A DNA stretch of 51,533 nt from a virus. Lineage: Duplodnaviria; Heunggongvirae; Uroviricota; Caudoviricetes. Position 1 is the stretch's first letter, and every line of letters starts with the position of its first letter. The stretch is from IMG/VR virus record IMGVR_UViG_2711768018_000019; one strand, 5' to 3'. A model generated the notes under the pieces. It saw nothing but the letters and a program-made list of their open reading frames with translations. It did no database searches and was not told the DNA's origin. Both the position numbers and the translations under genes were made by a program. Below are positions 16,593-26,700 of the stretch, in pieces.

Positions 16593-17209
16593 TTGCCATT
16601 ACAAAAGCCACTCCCTACAGAGTGGCTTTGATAATGGCTTATACCCTACACGGGATAACTTAACTGATATCCCTTTTAACGGATAAAGGTATTCAAGCCT
16701 GACACATCATGCGCTGTATCGTCGCCGTATTCCCGTATTAACAGAGACCGTAGCCCGACGGGGAACTCCTTCTGCGAGAGTGTGCGGGAATAATCAAAAA
16801 CGATGCACACCGGGTTTTTACCGCGTTTATGGTTCGCGGGTTTGTCCCTCATGCTCGCCAGTCCTGTGCGGGGGTGGAAGAAACAGGATACTCACACAGA
16901 TTCTTGTGGGCACGATGCTATTCCTTTCTGGATTATCCCGATGCCATTCATGCAAGGCGCTGTATCAGACGTTCGTCATGTCTGTCAGGCTGACGGGTCC
17001 TCCCGGTGGAGTGGCCTGCCACGGGGCGGGAGCGTCGCGGAAAAAGGCTAGTTTTTGAAATTTCATTCGTCATCACCACCACTGTAATAGATTGATATTA
17101 CAGTGGTTTTGTTTTTATGGTGTCGATTTTGATTGTTTTTTGTTCATCACTAACACCGTTTGCCTAAAGTTGTTCGCGAGATGCATGTTTAAAACATTCT
17201 GGAGCGGGT

Positions 17210-17704
17210 ATGGATCGAGAGTTAAAAAATCTGACGCTGAATATCAGTCAACTGGCGGCACTGTCAGGTGTACATCGCCAGACTGCTGCGGCAAGGCTGC
17301 AAAATCTACCCGTTGCAGGGGGGCATGAAAGCAACCTCAAGCTTTATCGGGTGGTTGATATTGTGTCGGCATTTCTGGCATTGCCACCGCCGGTTGCAGA
17401 AGGCGAAATGGACGCGCATGAGCGCAAAGCCTGGTATCAGTCTGAACGTGAGCGTCTTAAGTTCGAACAGGAAACGGCACAACTCATTCCGGCCAGTGAT
17501 GTCAGACGGGAGTTTGCCATCTGGGCAAAAGCGGTCGTGCAGGTGCTGGAGACATTACCGGATATTCTGGAACGTGACTGCGGTCTGCAGCCTGCCGCTG
17601 TGAGCCGTGTTCAGTCCATTATTGATGATCTGCGCGATCAGATAGCCCTGCGGGTGACTGAAGCAGGTGCGGATGATGAGGAGGAATTACAGCAGGAGGA
17701 GTAA
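17210..17704 (+). CDS. nu1: Terminase small subunit (Nu1-like)
   Basis: 164 aa. N-terminal HTH (LNISQLAALSGVHRQTAAARL), acidic C-terminus, stop overlapping the large-subunit start. Confidence 0.7.
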   Translation: MDRELKNLTLNISQLAALSGVHRQTAAARLQNLPVAGGHESNLKLYRVVDIVSAFLALPPPVAEGEMDAHERKAWYQSERERLKFEQETAQLIPASDVRREFAIWAKAVVQVLETLPDILERDCGLQPAAVSRVQSIIDDLRDQIALRVTEAGADDEEELQQEE

Positions 17705-19806
17705 TGCTGAATCAGGAAACCGCAAAGGCAGCACGAACCGATTCAGGTTATATCCTTCGCGCACCGAGACGAATGCGGGTTGCTGATGCCGTTGCTCAGT
17801 ATATGCGGGTGCCCATGGGGGCAGGGAACTCAGTCCCGTGGGATCCGCTGGTGGCACCGTATGTTATTGAGCCGATGAACTGCCTGGCCTCGCGTGAATA
17901 CGACGCAGTGATATTTGTTGGCCCGGCACGAACCGGCAAGACTATCGGCCTGATTGACGGCTGGGTGATTTACAACGTGATTTGCGATCCTGCTGATATG
18001 CTGATCATTCAGATGACGGAGGAAAAAGCCCGCGAACACTCCAAAAAACGACTCGCCAGAACGTTTCGCGTCAGCCCGGAAGTGGTCAGTCGCCTGAGTC
18101 CGAACAAAAATGACAACAACGTTTATGACAGAACATTCCTTGCTGGTAACTACCTGAAAATCGGCTGGCCGTCAGTCAATATCATGTCCTCATCAGATTA
18201 TAAATGCGTCGCGCTGACGGATTATGACCGTTTTCCGGAAGATATTGATGGCGAGGGGGATGCTTTCTCTCTTGCCTCAAAACGTACCACAACATTTATG
18301 TCCAGTGGTATGACGCTTGTGGAGAGTTCCCCCGGCAGGGATGTGAAGGATGTGAAATGGCGACGGACTTCACCGCATGAGGCTCCACCAACCACGGGGA
18401 TACTGTCGCTCTATAACCGTGGCGATCGCCGTCGCTGGTACTGGCCCTGTCCACACTGTGGTGAGTATTTTCAGCCCTGCGGCGATGTGGTTGCTGGTTT
18501 CCGTGATATTGCCGATCCCGTGCTGGCAAGTGAGGCGGCTTATATTCAGTGTCCTTCCTGTTCAGGACGGATTATGCCTGAACACAAACGTGAGCTGAAC
18601 GGACGTGGGGTCTGGTTGCGGGATGGTGAATCCATCAATGCGGATGGCAGTCGTTATGGTGATCCCCGACGCTCACGTATTGCGTCATTCTGGATGGAGG
18701 GTCCGGCAGCTGCTTACCAGACACTCTCGCAACTCGTTTACAAACTGCTTACTGCAGAACAGGAATACGAGACAACCGGAAGTGAAGAAACACTCAAGAC
18801 GGTTATCAATACCGACTGGGGATTACCTTATCTTCCCCGCGCCAGCATGGAGCAACGAAAAAGTGAACTGCTTGAGCAGCGGGCAGAGCCAGTTCCTTCC
18901 CGCAGTGTGCCGGATGGCGTTAATTTCCTTGTGGCGACAGTGGATGTGCAGGCGGGACGTCATCGCCGTTTTGTGGTTCAGGTAACGGGCTATGGCAGCC
19001 GTGGCGAACGCTGGATTATTGATCGTTACAACATCACGCAGTCATTGCGCGGTGACAGCGACGGGGAGAGCCAGCGAATTGATCCGGCCAGCTATCCGGA
19101 AGACTGGGATGTCCTGCTGACGGATGTTTTTCATAAAAGCTGGCCGCTGGCCTCCGATCCTTCTCAACAAATGCGACTGATGGCAATGGCGGTGGACTCC
19201 GGCGGTGAAGACGGGGTCACTGATAATGCCTATAAATTCTGGCGTCGTTGCCGTCGTGATGGCCTTGGTAAACGTATTTACCTGTTTAAGGGCGACAGCA
19301 TCCGGCGCGCAAAACTGATCACCCGTACATTCCCTGATAACACCGGACGAACGGGCCGACGGGCGCAGGCCGCAGGTGATGTGCCGCTCTGGCTTCTTCA
19401 GACGGATGCACTGAAAGACCGGGTGAATAACGCGTTATGGCGTGACTCGCCAGGTCCCGGCTATGTGCATTTCCCTGACTGGCTGGGGAGCTGGTTTTAC
19501 GACGAACTGACGTATGAAGAGCGGAGCAGTGACGGGAAATGGAGTAAGCCGGGTCGCGGTGCCAACGAAGCTTTTGACCTGATGGTGTATGCCGAGGCTC
19601 TGGTCATTCTGCATGGATACGAAAAGATCCGCTGGCCGGATGCACCGGAGTGGGCGAGCCGGGAAACCTGGCTGGAGTGTGTCCCGGACAGTACCGAACC
19701 GTCACCCTCACCGGAACCGGTATCCACGCCTGTTAAAAAACAAAAACGGAAGAAAACAGTAACTGACGATGTTAACCCCTGGCTGACTTCCGGAGGATGG
19801 TTATGA
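17704..19806 (+). CDS. A: Terminase large subunit (gpA-like)
   Basis: 700 aa. Walker-A-like VGPARTGKT and a CPHCGEYF zinc motif paralleling lambda gpA. Confidence 0.85.
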   Translation: MLNQETAKAARTDSGYILRAPRRMRVADAVAQYMRVPMGAGNSVPWDPLVAPYVIEPMNCLASREYDAVIFVGPARTGKTIGLIDGWVIYNVICDPADMLIIQMTEEKAREHSKKRLARTFRVSPEVVSRLSPNKNDNNVYDRTFLAGNYLKIGWPSVNIMSSSDYKCVALTDYDRFPEDIDGEGDAFSLASKRTTTFMSSGMTLVESSPGRDVKDVKWRRTSPHEAPPTTGILSLYNRGDRRRWYWPCPHCGEYFQPCGDVVAGFRDIADPVLASEAAYIQCPSCSGRIMPEHKRELNGRGVWLRDGESINADGSRYGDPRRSRIASFWMEGPAAAYQTLSQLVYKLLTAEQEYETTGSEETLKTVINTDWGLPYLPRASMEQRKSELLEQRAEPVPSRSVPDGVNFLVATVDVQAGRHRRFVVQVTGYGSRGERWIIDRYNITQSLRGDSDGESQRIDPASYPEDWDVLLTDVFHKSWPLASDPSQQMRLMAMAVDSGGEDGVTDNAYKFWRRCRRDGLGKRIYLFKGDSIRRAKLITRTFPDNTGRTGRRAQAAGDVPLWLLQTDALKDRVNNALWRDSPGPGYVHFPDWLGSWFYDELTYEERSSDGKWSKPGRGANEAFDLMVYAEALVILHGYEKIRWPDAPEWASRETWLECVPDSTEPSPSPEPVSTPVKKQKRKKTVTDDVNPWLTSGGWL

Positions 19807-20015
19807 ACCAGAATGATATTGAAGCCATGATTCAGCGTTATACGGAAGCTGAAATGGCGGTGCTGGACGGAAAATCCGTCACCTTTAATGGTCAGCAGAT
19901 GACCATGGAAAACTTATCTGAGATCCGGCAGGGACGGCAGGAGTGGGAGCGCCGCCTTGCGGCTCTGATTACACGACGACGGGGGCATCCCGGGTACCGG
20001 CTGGCGAGGTTCTGA
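19797..20015 (+). CDS. W: gpW-like head-tail joining protein
   Basis: 72 aa between terminase and portal, with stop overlapping the portal ATG, as for lambda W. Confidence 0.5.
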   Translation: MVMNQNDIEAMIQRYTEAEMAVLDGKSVTFNGQQMTMENLSEIRQGRQEWERRLAALITRRRGHPGYRLARF

Positions 20016-21523
20016 TGGCAATTCTTGATGATGTGATTGGCGTTTTTTCACCAGGATGGAAAGCGGCAAGGCTGCGTTCCCGTGCGGTGATCCAGGCTTA
20101 TGAGGCCGTAAAAACGACGCGGACACACAAAGGCCGGCGGGAAAACCGAACTGCCGACCAGTTAAGCCAGTACGGGGCCGTGTCGTTACGTGAGCAGGCC
20201 CGTTACCTTGATAACAACCACGATCTGGTTATTGGTGTATTTGACAAGCTGGAAGAACGGGTGGTGGGGAAAAACGGGATTATTGTCGAGCCACATCCGG
20301 TATTACGCAATGGGGCCATTGCCCGTGACCTGGCTGCGGAGATTCGCACCCGATGGAGTGAATGGTCTGTCAGCCCGGAAGTCACCGGGCAGTTTACCCG
20401 TCCGATGCTGGAACGTCTGATGCTGCGTACCTGGCTGCGCGATGGTGAGGTGTTTGCCCAGATGGTTTCCGGGCGCATAAACAGCCTGACGCCTTCTGCC
20501 GGTGTTCATTTCTGGCTGGAGGCGCTCGAGCCGGACTTTATTCCCATGACCAGTGATGAGAGCAACAGGCTGAATCAGGGCGTGTTTGTTGATGACTGGG
20601 GGCGTCCCGAAAAATATCTGGTGTATAAAAGCCGTCCCGTATCCGGACGGCAGATGGAAACCAAAGAAGTGGATGCAGAGCGAATGCTGCATCTTAAATT
20701 TGTTCGCCGTCTGCACCAGATGCGCGGGACGTCTTTGTTGTCCGGTGTGCTGATCCGCCTCAGTGCCCTGAAAGATTATGAAGATTATGAGCTGACTGCA
20801 GCAAGGATCGCCGCTGCTCTGGGGATGTACATCCGCAAAGGCGACGGGCAGAGCTATGAACCGGATGGTAATGGCAGCAAGGATAAGGAACGCGAGCTTA
20901 CCATTCAGCCAGGCATTATTTACGACGATCTGAAACCCGGCGAAGAAATCGGAATGGTGAAGTCGGATCGCCCCAATCCTAACCTTGAAACTTTTCGTAA
21001 TGGTCAGTTGCGTGCCGTGGCGGCGGGCAGTCGTCTGAGTTTTTCCAGTACAGCGCGCAACTATAACGGCACTTACAGCGCCCAGCGTCAGGAGCTGGTT
21101 GAATCTACTGATGGCTACCTGATCCTGCAGGACTGGTTTATTGGTGCCGTCACCCGCCCGATGTATCGTGCATGGCTGAAACAGGCTGTGGCATCCGGTG
21201 TTATCAGGCTACCCCGCGATCTTGACCGTTCTTCACTGTATACCGCGGTGTATTCCGGACCGGTGATGCCGTGGATTGACCCTGTTAAGGAGGCTGAGGC
21301 CTGGAAAATCCAGATTCGTGGTGGAGCGGCGACAGAATCAGACTGGGTACGTGCAGGTGGTCGTAATCCGGATGATGTCAAACGTCGGCGCAAGGCCGAA
21401 ATTGATGAAAACCGCAAGCTGGATCTGGTATTTGATACCGATCCGGCCAGTGATAAAGGAGGCAGCAGTGCCGCAACGAAACGACAGGAGCCGCAGCACA
21501 CCGACGACCAGTCCGAAGAATAA
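20015..21523 (+). CDS. B: Portal protein (gpB-like)
   Basis: ATG at 20015 overlapping the W stop; about 500 aa in the portal position. Confidence 0.8.
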   Translation: MAILDDVIGVFSPGWKAARLRSRAVIQAYEAVKTTRTHKGRRENRTADQLSQYGAVSLREQARYLDNNHDLVIGVFDKLEERVVGKNGIIVEPHPVLRNGAIARDLAAEIRTRWSEWSVSPEVTGQFTRPMLERLMLRTWLRDGEVFAQMVSGRINSLTPSAGVHFWLEALEPDFIPMTSDESNRLNQGVFVDDWGRPEKYLVYKSRPVSGRQMETKEVDAERMLHLKFVRRLHQMRGTSLLSGVLIRLSALKDYEDYELTAARIAAALGMYIRKGDGQSYEPDGNGSKDKERELTIQPGIIYDDLKPGEEIGMVKSDRPNPNLETFRNGQLRAVAAGSRLSFSSTARNYNGTYSAQRQELVESTDGYLILQDWFIGAVTRPMYRAWLKQAVASGVIRLPRDLDRSSLYTAVYSGPVMPWIDPVKEAEAWKIQIRGGAATESDWVRAGGRNPDDVKRRRKAEIDENRKLDLVFDTDPASDKGGSSAATKRQEPQHTDDQSEE

Positions 21524-23495
21524 TTCCTGGTTCAGGATGCAGGCTGGTCACCAGAGTGACGCGGATATTTATATTTATGACGAGATTGGTTTCTGGGGTG
21601 TTACAGCGAAGCAGTTTATCAGTGATCTGAATGCACTGGGCGATATCACCCACATTAATCTCCATATTAATTCACCGGGTGGCGATGTCTTTGAAGGCAT
21701 CGCCATTTTTAATGCGCTGAAAACACATGGTGCGTCCATTACCGTTTATGTCGACGGTGTGGCGGCGTCAATGGCGTCGGTCATTGCGATGGTGGGAAAC
21801 CCGGTCATTATGCCGGAAAACACCTTCATGATGATTCATAAACCATTTGGCTTTACGGGCGGTGATGCGGAGGACATGCGCACCTATGCCGACCTGCTCG
21901 ATAAGGTTGAGGCGGTTCTGTTACCCGCTTATGCACAGAAAACCGGGAAAACCACCGATGAAATTGCTGCCATGCTGGCGGATGAGACCTGGATGTCCGG
22001 TGCCGAATGTCTGGCACAGGGATTTGCTGATCAGGTGACGCCAGCCGTTAAGGCAATGGCATGTATTCAGTCAAAACGTACAGAGGAATTTAAAAAGATG
22101 CCGGAATCCATTCGAAACATGATTACTCCGCCACGCAACAGTGCTCCACGCGTACAGGATGATGAACCTGCAGCCTCCCGGACGCCAGTGCAGGCAGCAG
22201 CACCCGTGGTGGATGAAAACAGTATCCGTGCGCAGGTACTGGCAGAGCAAAAAGCGCGTGTAAACGGTATTAATGATCTGTTTGCCATGTTTGGCGGGCG
22301 TTATCAGACGCTGCAGGCTCAGTGTCTTGCCGATCCTGAATGTTCGCTGGAGCAGGCCCGCGAAAAGCTGTTGAACGAGATGGGGCGCGAGTCCACGCCA
22401 TCCAATAAAAATACCCCGGCTCATATTTATGCCGGAAACGGTAATTTTGTGGGGGACGGGATCCGCCAGGCGCTGATGGCGCGTGCCGGATTTGAAAAAA
22501 CCGAACGTGATAATGTCTACAACGGGATGACCCTGCGTGAATATGCCCGTATGTCACTGACTGAACGGGGTATTGGGGTTTCCAGTTATAACCCGATGCA
22601 GATGGTCGGTGCGGCGTTCACACACAGTACGTCTGACTTCGGTAATATTCTGCTGGATGTTGCGAACAAAGCCATTCTGCAGGGCTGGGAAGATGCCCCT
22701 GAAACCTATGAACAGTGGACGCGGAAAGGTCAGTTGTCTGATTTTAAAATTGCCCATCGTGTGGGTATGGGGGGCTTCAGTGCTCTGCGTCAGGTGCGTG
22801 AAGGGGCGGAATATAAATACGTCACCACCGGAGATAAACAGGCCACTATTGCACTGGCGACCTATGGCGAGCTGTTCAGTATCACCCGTCAGGCCATTAT
22901 CAATGATGATCTGAATATGCTGACCGATGTCCCGATGAAACTGGGCCGTGCGGCGAAATCCACTATTGCCGATCTGGTTTATGCCATTCTGACGTCTAAC
23001 CCGAAAATCTCCACAGATAATGTAAGTCTGTTCGATAAAGCGAAACATGCAAACGTACTGGATAGCGCTGCAATGGACGTGGCATCGCTGGATAAAGCCC
23101 GCCAGTTGATGCGCGTTCAGAAAGAGGGGGAGCGTCATCTGAATATTCGTCCTGCGTTCGTACTGGTACCGACGGCGATGGAGTCTGTTGCTAACCAGGT
23201 CATTCGCTCCTCAAGTGTCAAGGGGGCCGACATTAACGCCGGTATTATTAACCCGGTGAAAGATTTTGCGACCGTTATTGCAGAGCCTCGTCTTGATGAT
23301 AACAGCCAGACCACCTTCTACCTGGCTGCGTCAAAAGGCTCCGATACGATTGAAGTGGCTTATCTCAACGGTGTGGATACGCCATATATTGATCAGATGG
23401 AGGGCTTCAGTGTGGATGGCGTGACAACGAAAGTGCGTATTGACGCCGGTGTCGCGCCAGTTGATCACCGCGGTCTGGTGAAATGTACGGCGTAA
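21468..23495 (+). CDS. Prohead protease (ClpP/S14 family) fused to major capsid protein
   Basis: GTG at 21468 with an AAGGAGG RBS 7 nt upstream. N-terminal ClpP-like region (INSPGGDVFEGIAIFNALK ... ASMASVIAMVG), a linker, and a C-terminal HK97-fold-like capsid region of about 400 aa. Confidence 0.7.
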   Translation: MPQRNDRSRSTPTTSPKNNSWFRMQAGHQSDADIYIYDEIGFWGVTAKQFISDLNALGDITHINLHINSPGGDVFEGIAIFNALKTHGASITVYVDGVAASMASVIAMVGNPVIMPENTFMMIHKPFGFTGGDAEDMRTYADLLDKVEAVLLPAYAQKTGKTTDEIAAMLADETWMSGAECLAQGFADQVTPAVKAMACIQSKRTEEFKKMPESIRNMITPPRNSAPRVQDDEPAASRTPVQAAAPVVDENSIRAQVLAEQKARVNGINDLFAMFGGRYQTLQAQCLADPECSLEQAREKLLNEMGRESTPSNKNTPAHIYAGNGNFVGDGIRQALMARAGFEKTERDNVYNGMTLREYARMSLTERGIGVSSYNPMQMVGAAFTHSTSDFGNILLDVANKAILQGWEDAPETYEQWTRKGQLSDFKIAHRVGMGGFSALRQVREGAEYKYVTTGDKQATIALATYGELFSITRQAIINDDLNMLTDVPMKLGRAAKSTIADLVYAILTSNPKISTDNVSLFDKAKHANVLDSAAMDVASLDKARQLMRVQKEGERHLNIRPAFVLVPTAMESVANQVIRSSSVKGADINAGIINPVKDFATVIAEPRLDDNSQTTFYLAASKGSDTIEVAYLNGVDTPYIDQMEGFSVDGVTTKVRIDAGVAPVDHRGLVKCTA

Positions 23496-23506
23496 ACGTC
23501 GCAGAC

Positions 23507-23536
23507 AACAACTCTGATGGCCCGTAAGGGCTTTTT
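23507..23536 (+). terminator. Hairpin terminator after the capsid gene
   Basis: ggcccgtaagggc followed by tttttttgt. Confidence 0.5.
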
Positions 23537-23581
23537 TTGTACCTGAAATCAGCCCCTGAACGGGGCTGTGCGGAGACAGTT

Positions 23582-23905
23582 ATGGCAAAGAATTTTGTAG
23601 AAGAAGGAAAAACGGTGGCGATTGTTGCCAGTGCAGCCATCAGCAGCGGAGATCTGGTGCAGGTGGGTGATGTTTTTGCGGTGGCACTGACCGATATTCC
23701 ACAGGGTGAAACAGGCGACGGCCTGACCGAAGGTGTGTTTATGCTGCCTAAGCTGAAAACGGATGACATGAAAACGGGTAAGAAGGTTTATCTGAAGTCC
23801 GGAAAAGTTCAGCTGACTAACAGCGGCTCTGATCCGCTGGTCGGGGTTGTCTGGGCAGATGCCGGAACCAGTGCAGAAGAAGTGCCGGTAAAACTCAATG
23901 TCTGA
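23582..23905 (+). CDS. Small head protein (decoration/DUF2190-like)
   Basis: 107 aa from the ATG at 23582, directly after the capsid gene. Assignment is positional. Confidence 0.4.
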   Translation: MAKNFVEEGKTVAIVASAAISSGDLVQVGDVFAVALTDIPQGETGDGLTEGVFMLPKLKTDDMKTGKKVYLKSGKVQLTNSGSDPLVGVVWADAGTSAEEVPVKLNV

Positions 23906-24173
23906 TCCCTTTTCCCGGCTGGCAGCGCGTATGGATGCGATCACGGTCAGAAAGATGGGAAAGACAGCCTCGATTAATGATGTCGATATGACTGTGATCC
24001 CGGGAGAAACACTGGCAGAGCTGAATGCTCTGTCCGGACCTGCGGTCTCTCTGGTGGTGTTTTCTTCGGGATACCGCCCACGGCGCGGGGATCGCGTTGT
24101 TTATGACGGACAACAATGGACGGTCACACGGCATGAACGCTTTAACGGTAAGCCAATGATCTTTATTGAGTAA
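23898..24173 (+). CDS. Head-tail joining / head completion protein
   Basis: 91-aa ORF between the head and tail modules. Confidence 0.4.
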   Translation: MSDPFSRLAARMDAITVRKMGKTASINDVDMTVIPGETLAELNALSGPAVSLVVFSSGYRPRRGDRVVYDGQQWTVTRHERFNGKPMIFIE

Positions 24174-24184
24174 AGAGGTGTGGG

Positions 24185-24763
24185 ATGAAGGGGCTTGAGA
24201 ATGCCATCCGCAATCTGAACAGCCTTGATACCCGTATGGTGCCACAGGCCAGCGCATGGGCGATAAACCGTGTGGCACAGAAAGCGGTCTCGGTTGCCAC
24301 CCGGCAGGTTGCCGGGAATACCGTTGCGGGAGATAACCAGGTGAAAGGGATCCCCCTGAAACTGGTACGTCAGCGTGTCCGGGTGTTTAAAGCCAGTCCG
24401 TCAGGAAAAATGACGGCCAGGATCCGCGTTAACCGGGGCAATCTGCCCGCCATTAAGCTGGGGACAGCCCGGGTCAGACTGGCCCGGCGTGGTGGAAAAC
24501 TGCAGTACCGTGGCAGTGTGCTGAAGGTGGGTAAATATCTTTTCCGGGATGCGTTTATTCAGCAACTGGCGAATGGTCGCTGGCATGTGATGCGGCGTAT
24601 TGATGGCAAAAATCGTTACCCCATTGATGTGGTGAAAATCCCGCTGTCCGGACCGCTGACACAGGCATTTGAAGATGCCCGCGACCGCATCATTGCTGCG
24701 GAAATGCCGAAACAGCTGGGGTATGCACTGAAACAACAACTGAGGTTATGGCTGACCCGATGA
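24185..24763 (+). CDS. Z: Minor tail protein Z
   Basis: 192 aa immediately upstream of an unambiguous gpU homologue; size and position match lambda Z. Confidence 0.6.
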   Translation: MKGLENAIRNLNSLDTRMVPQASAWAINRVAQKAVSVATRQVAGNTVAGDNQVKGIPLKLVRQRVRVFKASPSGKMTARIRVNRGNLPAIKLGTARVRLARRGGKLQYRGSVLKVGKYLFRDAFIQQLANGRWHVMRRIDGKNRYPIDVVKIPLSGPLTQAFEDARDRIIAAEMPKQLGYALKQQLRLWLTR

Positions 24764-25161
24764 ACCGACATACACAAATCCGCCAGGTCGTACTGGCACG
24801 CCTTCGGGAACAGTGTGGAGACAGCGCCACGTTTTTTGACGGGCTTCCGGCATTTGTTGATGCGCAGGAACTGCCTGCCGTGGCGGTGTGGCTGAGTGAT
24901 GCTCAGTACACCGGAAAAATGACGGATGAAGATGACTGGCAGGCTGTTCTGCATATTGCTGTCTTCATCCGGGCACAGGCACCGGATTCAGAGCTGGATA
25001 TGTGGATGGAGAGCACCATTTTCCCGGCCTTGAATGATGTACCAGCACTTTCCGGACTCATCGACACCCTGATCCCACTCGGTTTTAACTATCAACGTGA
25101 TAATGAGATGGCCACCTGGGCGATGGCGGAAATCACGTACCAGATCACGTACACGAATTAA
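24748..25161 (+). CDS. U: Tail terminator protein U
   Basis: ATFFDGLPAFVDAQELPAVAVWLSDAQYTGKMTDEDDWQAVLHIAVFIRAQAPDSELDMWMES parallels lambda gpU. Confidence 0.8.
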   Translation: MADPMNRHTQIRQVVLARLREQCGDSATFFDGLPAFVDAQELPAVAVWLSDAQYTGKMTDEDDWQAVLHIAVFIRAQAPDSELDMWMESTIFPALNDVPALSGLIDTLIPLGFNYQRDNEMATWAMAEITYQITYTN

Positions 25162-25171
25162 GGAGGTGGTA

Positions 25172-25915
25172 ATGACCACACCAAATCCACTGGCAAAAAC
25201 GAAAGGTGCGGGAACGACGTTCTGGATGTATACCGGCAAGGGCGATGCGTTTGCGAACCCTTTATCGGACACTGACTGGCTGCGTCTTGCGATGGTGAAG
25301 GATCTGCAACCTGGCGAAATGACCGCTGATGCAGAAGATGACACTTATCTCGATGATGAAGATGCAGACTGGAAAACGACAACCCAGGGGCAGAAATCCG
25401 TTGGTGATACTTCGGCGACGCTGGCCTGGCGTCCGGGTGACAGCGGGCAGAAAAAACTGGTTCAGTTGTTCGACTCCGGTGAAGTCTGCGCGTTTCGTAT
25501 CAAATATCCCAACGGTACTGTTGATGTTTTCCGTGGCTGGCTGAGTTCACTGGGTAAAACCATTGCCTCAAAAGACGTGATGACCCGCACAGTGAAAATC
25601 AGCGGTGTGGGGCGTCCGTATCTGGCAGAGGAAGGCACTGAAACAGTGAGCGTTACCGGGCTGACGGTGGCACCGGCATCTGCCAGTGTAAAAGTGGGAG
25701 CAACCACCACGCTGACCTTTACAGTAAAACCTGACGGAGCCAGTGACAAAGCGATCAGTGTGCATTCGACAGATCCACAGACTGCCACGGTGACCCTGAA
25801 CGGGCTTGTGGCCACGGTGAAAGGCGTGAAGCAGGGCAGTGTCAGCATTGTGGGCATGACCGCTGACGGGAATTTTGTGGCAGTGGCTACGGTGACTGTC
25901 AGCGCAGCAGGTTAA
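25172..25915 (+). CDS. V: Major tail protein V (with C-terminal Ig-like domain)
   Basis: RBS AAGGAGG. KGAGTTFWMYTG ... YLDDEDADW ... PNGTVDVFRGWLSS closely matches lambda gpV. Confidence 0.9.
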   Translation: MTTPNPLAKTKGAGTTFWMYTGKGDAFANPLSDTDWLRLAMVKDLQPGEMTADAEDDTYLDDEDADWKTTTQGQKSVGDTSATLAWRPGDSGQKKLVQLFDSGEVCAFRIKYPNGTVDVFRGWLSSLGKTIASKDVMTRTVKISGVGRPYLAEEGTETVSVTGLTVAPASASVKVGATTTLTFTVKPDGASDKAISVHSTDPQTATVTLNGLVATVKGVKQGSVSIVGMTADGNFVAVATVTVSAAG

Positions 25916-25933
25916 CAGGACGATACTCATCAT

Positions 25934-25960
25934 TTGCCCCGGTTATTCGGGGCTTTTTTA
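25934..25960 (+). terminator. Hairpin after V
   Basis: gccccggttattcggggc followed by tttttta. Confidence 0.45.
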
Positions 25961-25972
25961 CAGGTGGAGAAC

Positions 25973-26362
25973 ATGATGTTTCTGAAACAGGACACGTTTA
26001 ATTATGAAAAACAGTCCGTGGTGCTCAGTGAGCTGTCCGGGCTGCAGAGAATTGAATATCTGACGTTTGTTCAGCAGCGAACGGCAAAGTTTGATGCCGG
26101 GGAGGGAGAACTGCCGGAGGCTGAACGACAGATTGCTTTTCTGCGGATGGGGATGGATATCAATGCCTGGCTGGTTTCCCGCTCACTGTGGAATGCGGAA
26201 CAGTCTCAGGATGTTGAGACGCTTTACGCATCCGTTATTACAACATGGTCGTATGATGCCCTGGGTGCGGGGGCGGAGATGGTTCTGTCGCTGAGCGGTA
26301 TGGGGGCCATTGATAATGCCGGGGATTTGGAGCATGAGGGGCTGACGCCGGAAAAGTCCTGA
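25973..26362 (+). CDS. G: Tail assembly chaperone G
   Basis: MMFLKQDTFNYEKQSVVLSELSGLQRIEYL parallels the lambda gpG N-terminus. Confidence 0.8.
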   Translation: MMFLKQDTFNYEKQSVVLSELSGLQRIEYLTFVQQRTAKFDAGEGELPEAERQIAFLRMGMDINAWLVSRSLWNAEQSQDVETLYASVITTWSYDALGAGAEMVLSLSGMGAIDNAGDLEHEGLTPEKS

Positions 26363-26700
26363 CGCGGGAAATGCAGTTTGTCATGCGGCTTGCCCGGGAG
26401 TTCCGGCGGGCAGACTGGCGGCGGATGCTGTCGGAAATGTCGGCCACTGAGCTTGGTCAGTGGGGCGATTATTTCCGGATGCAGAGCTTCAGTGATGTGT
26501 GGATGGATGCGCAGTTTGCCTCGCTGAAGGCATTGATCGTGAGAATGGTGTCCGGCAGCAGTGATGCTGCGGTGGCTGATTTCAGCCTTTTACCGGAAGA
26601 GAACGGGATACCGGAGCGAACGGACGAAGAACTGATGCATCTTGGGGAAGGTATTTCCGGAGGTGTGCGTTATGGACCAGATAGCCAACCTGGTCATTGA
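26338..26700 (+). CDS. T: gpT portion, expected to be made as a G-T fusion by -1 frameshifting
   Basis: The -1 frame relative to G opens at 26338, just before the G stop at 26360, and runs to 26700. The candidate slip region CCGGAAAAG (26348-26356) resembles the lambda G GGA AAG site. Confidence 0.6.
   Translation, partial: GADAGKVLTREMQFVMRLAREFRRADWRRMLSEMSATELGQWGDYFRMQSFSDVWMDAQFASLKALIVRMVSGSSDAAVADFSLLPEENGIPERTDEELMHLGEGISGGVRYGPDSQPGH

Noticed and set aside
16780-17328. Plus-strand ORFs of 78-92 aa in the spanin-to-terminase intergenic region
   Set aside because: Mutually overlapping, with no RBS, Cys/Arg-rich translations and an expected non-coding (cos) location.
21276-21467. N-terminal 64 codons of the long capsid ORF
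   Set aside because: This stretch overlaps the portal gene's 3' end in another frame. The GTG at 21468 with a perfect AAGGAGG RBS is the more plausible start.
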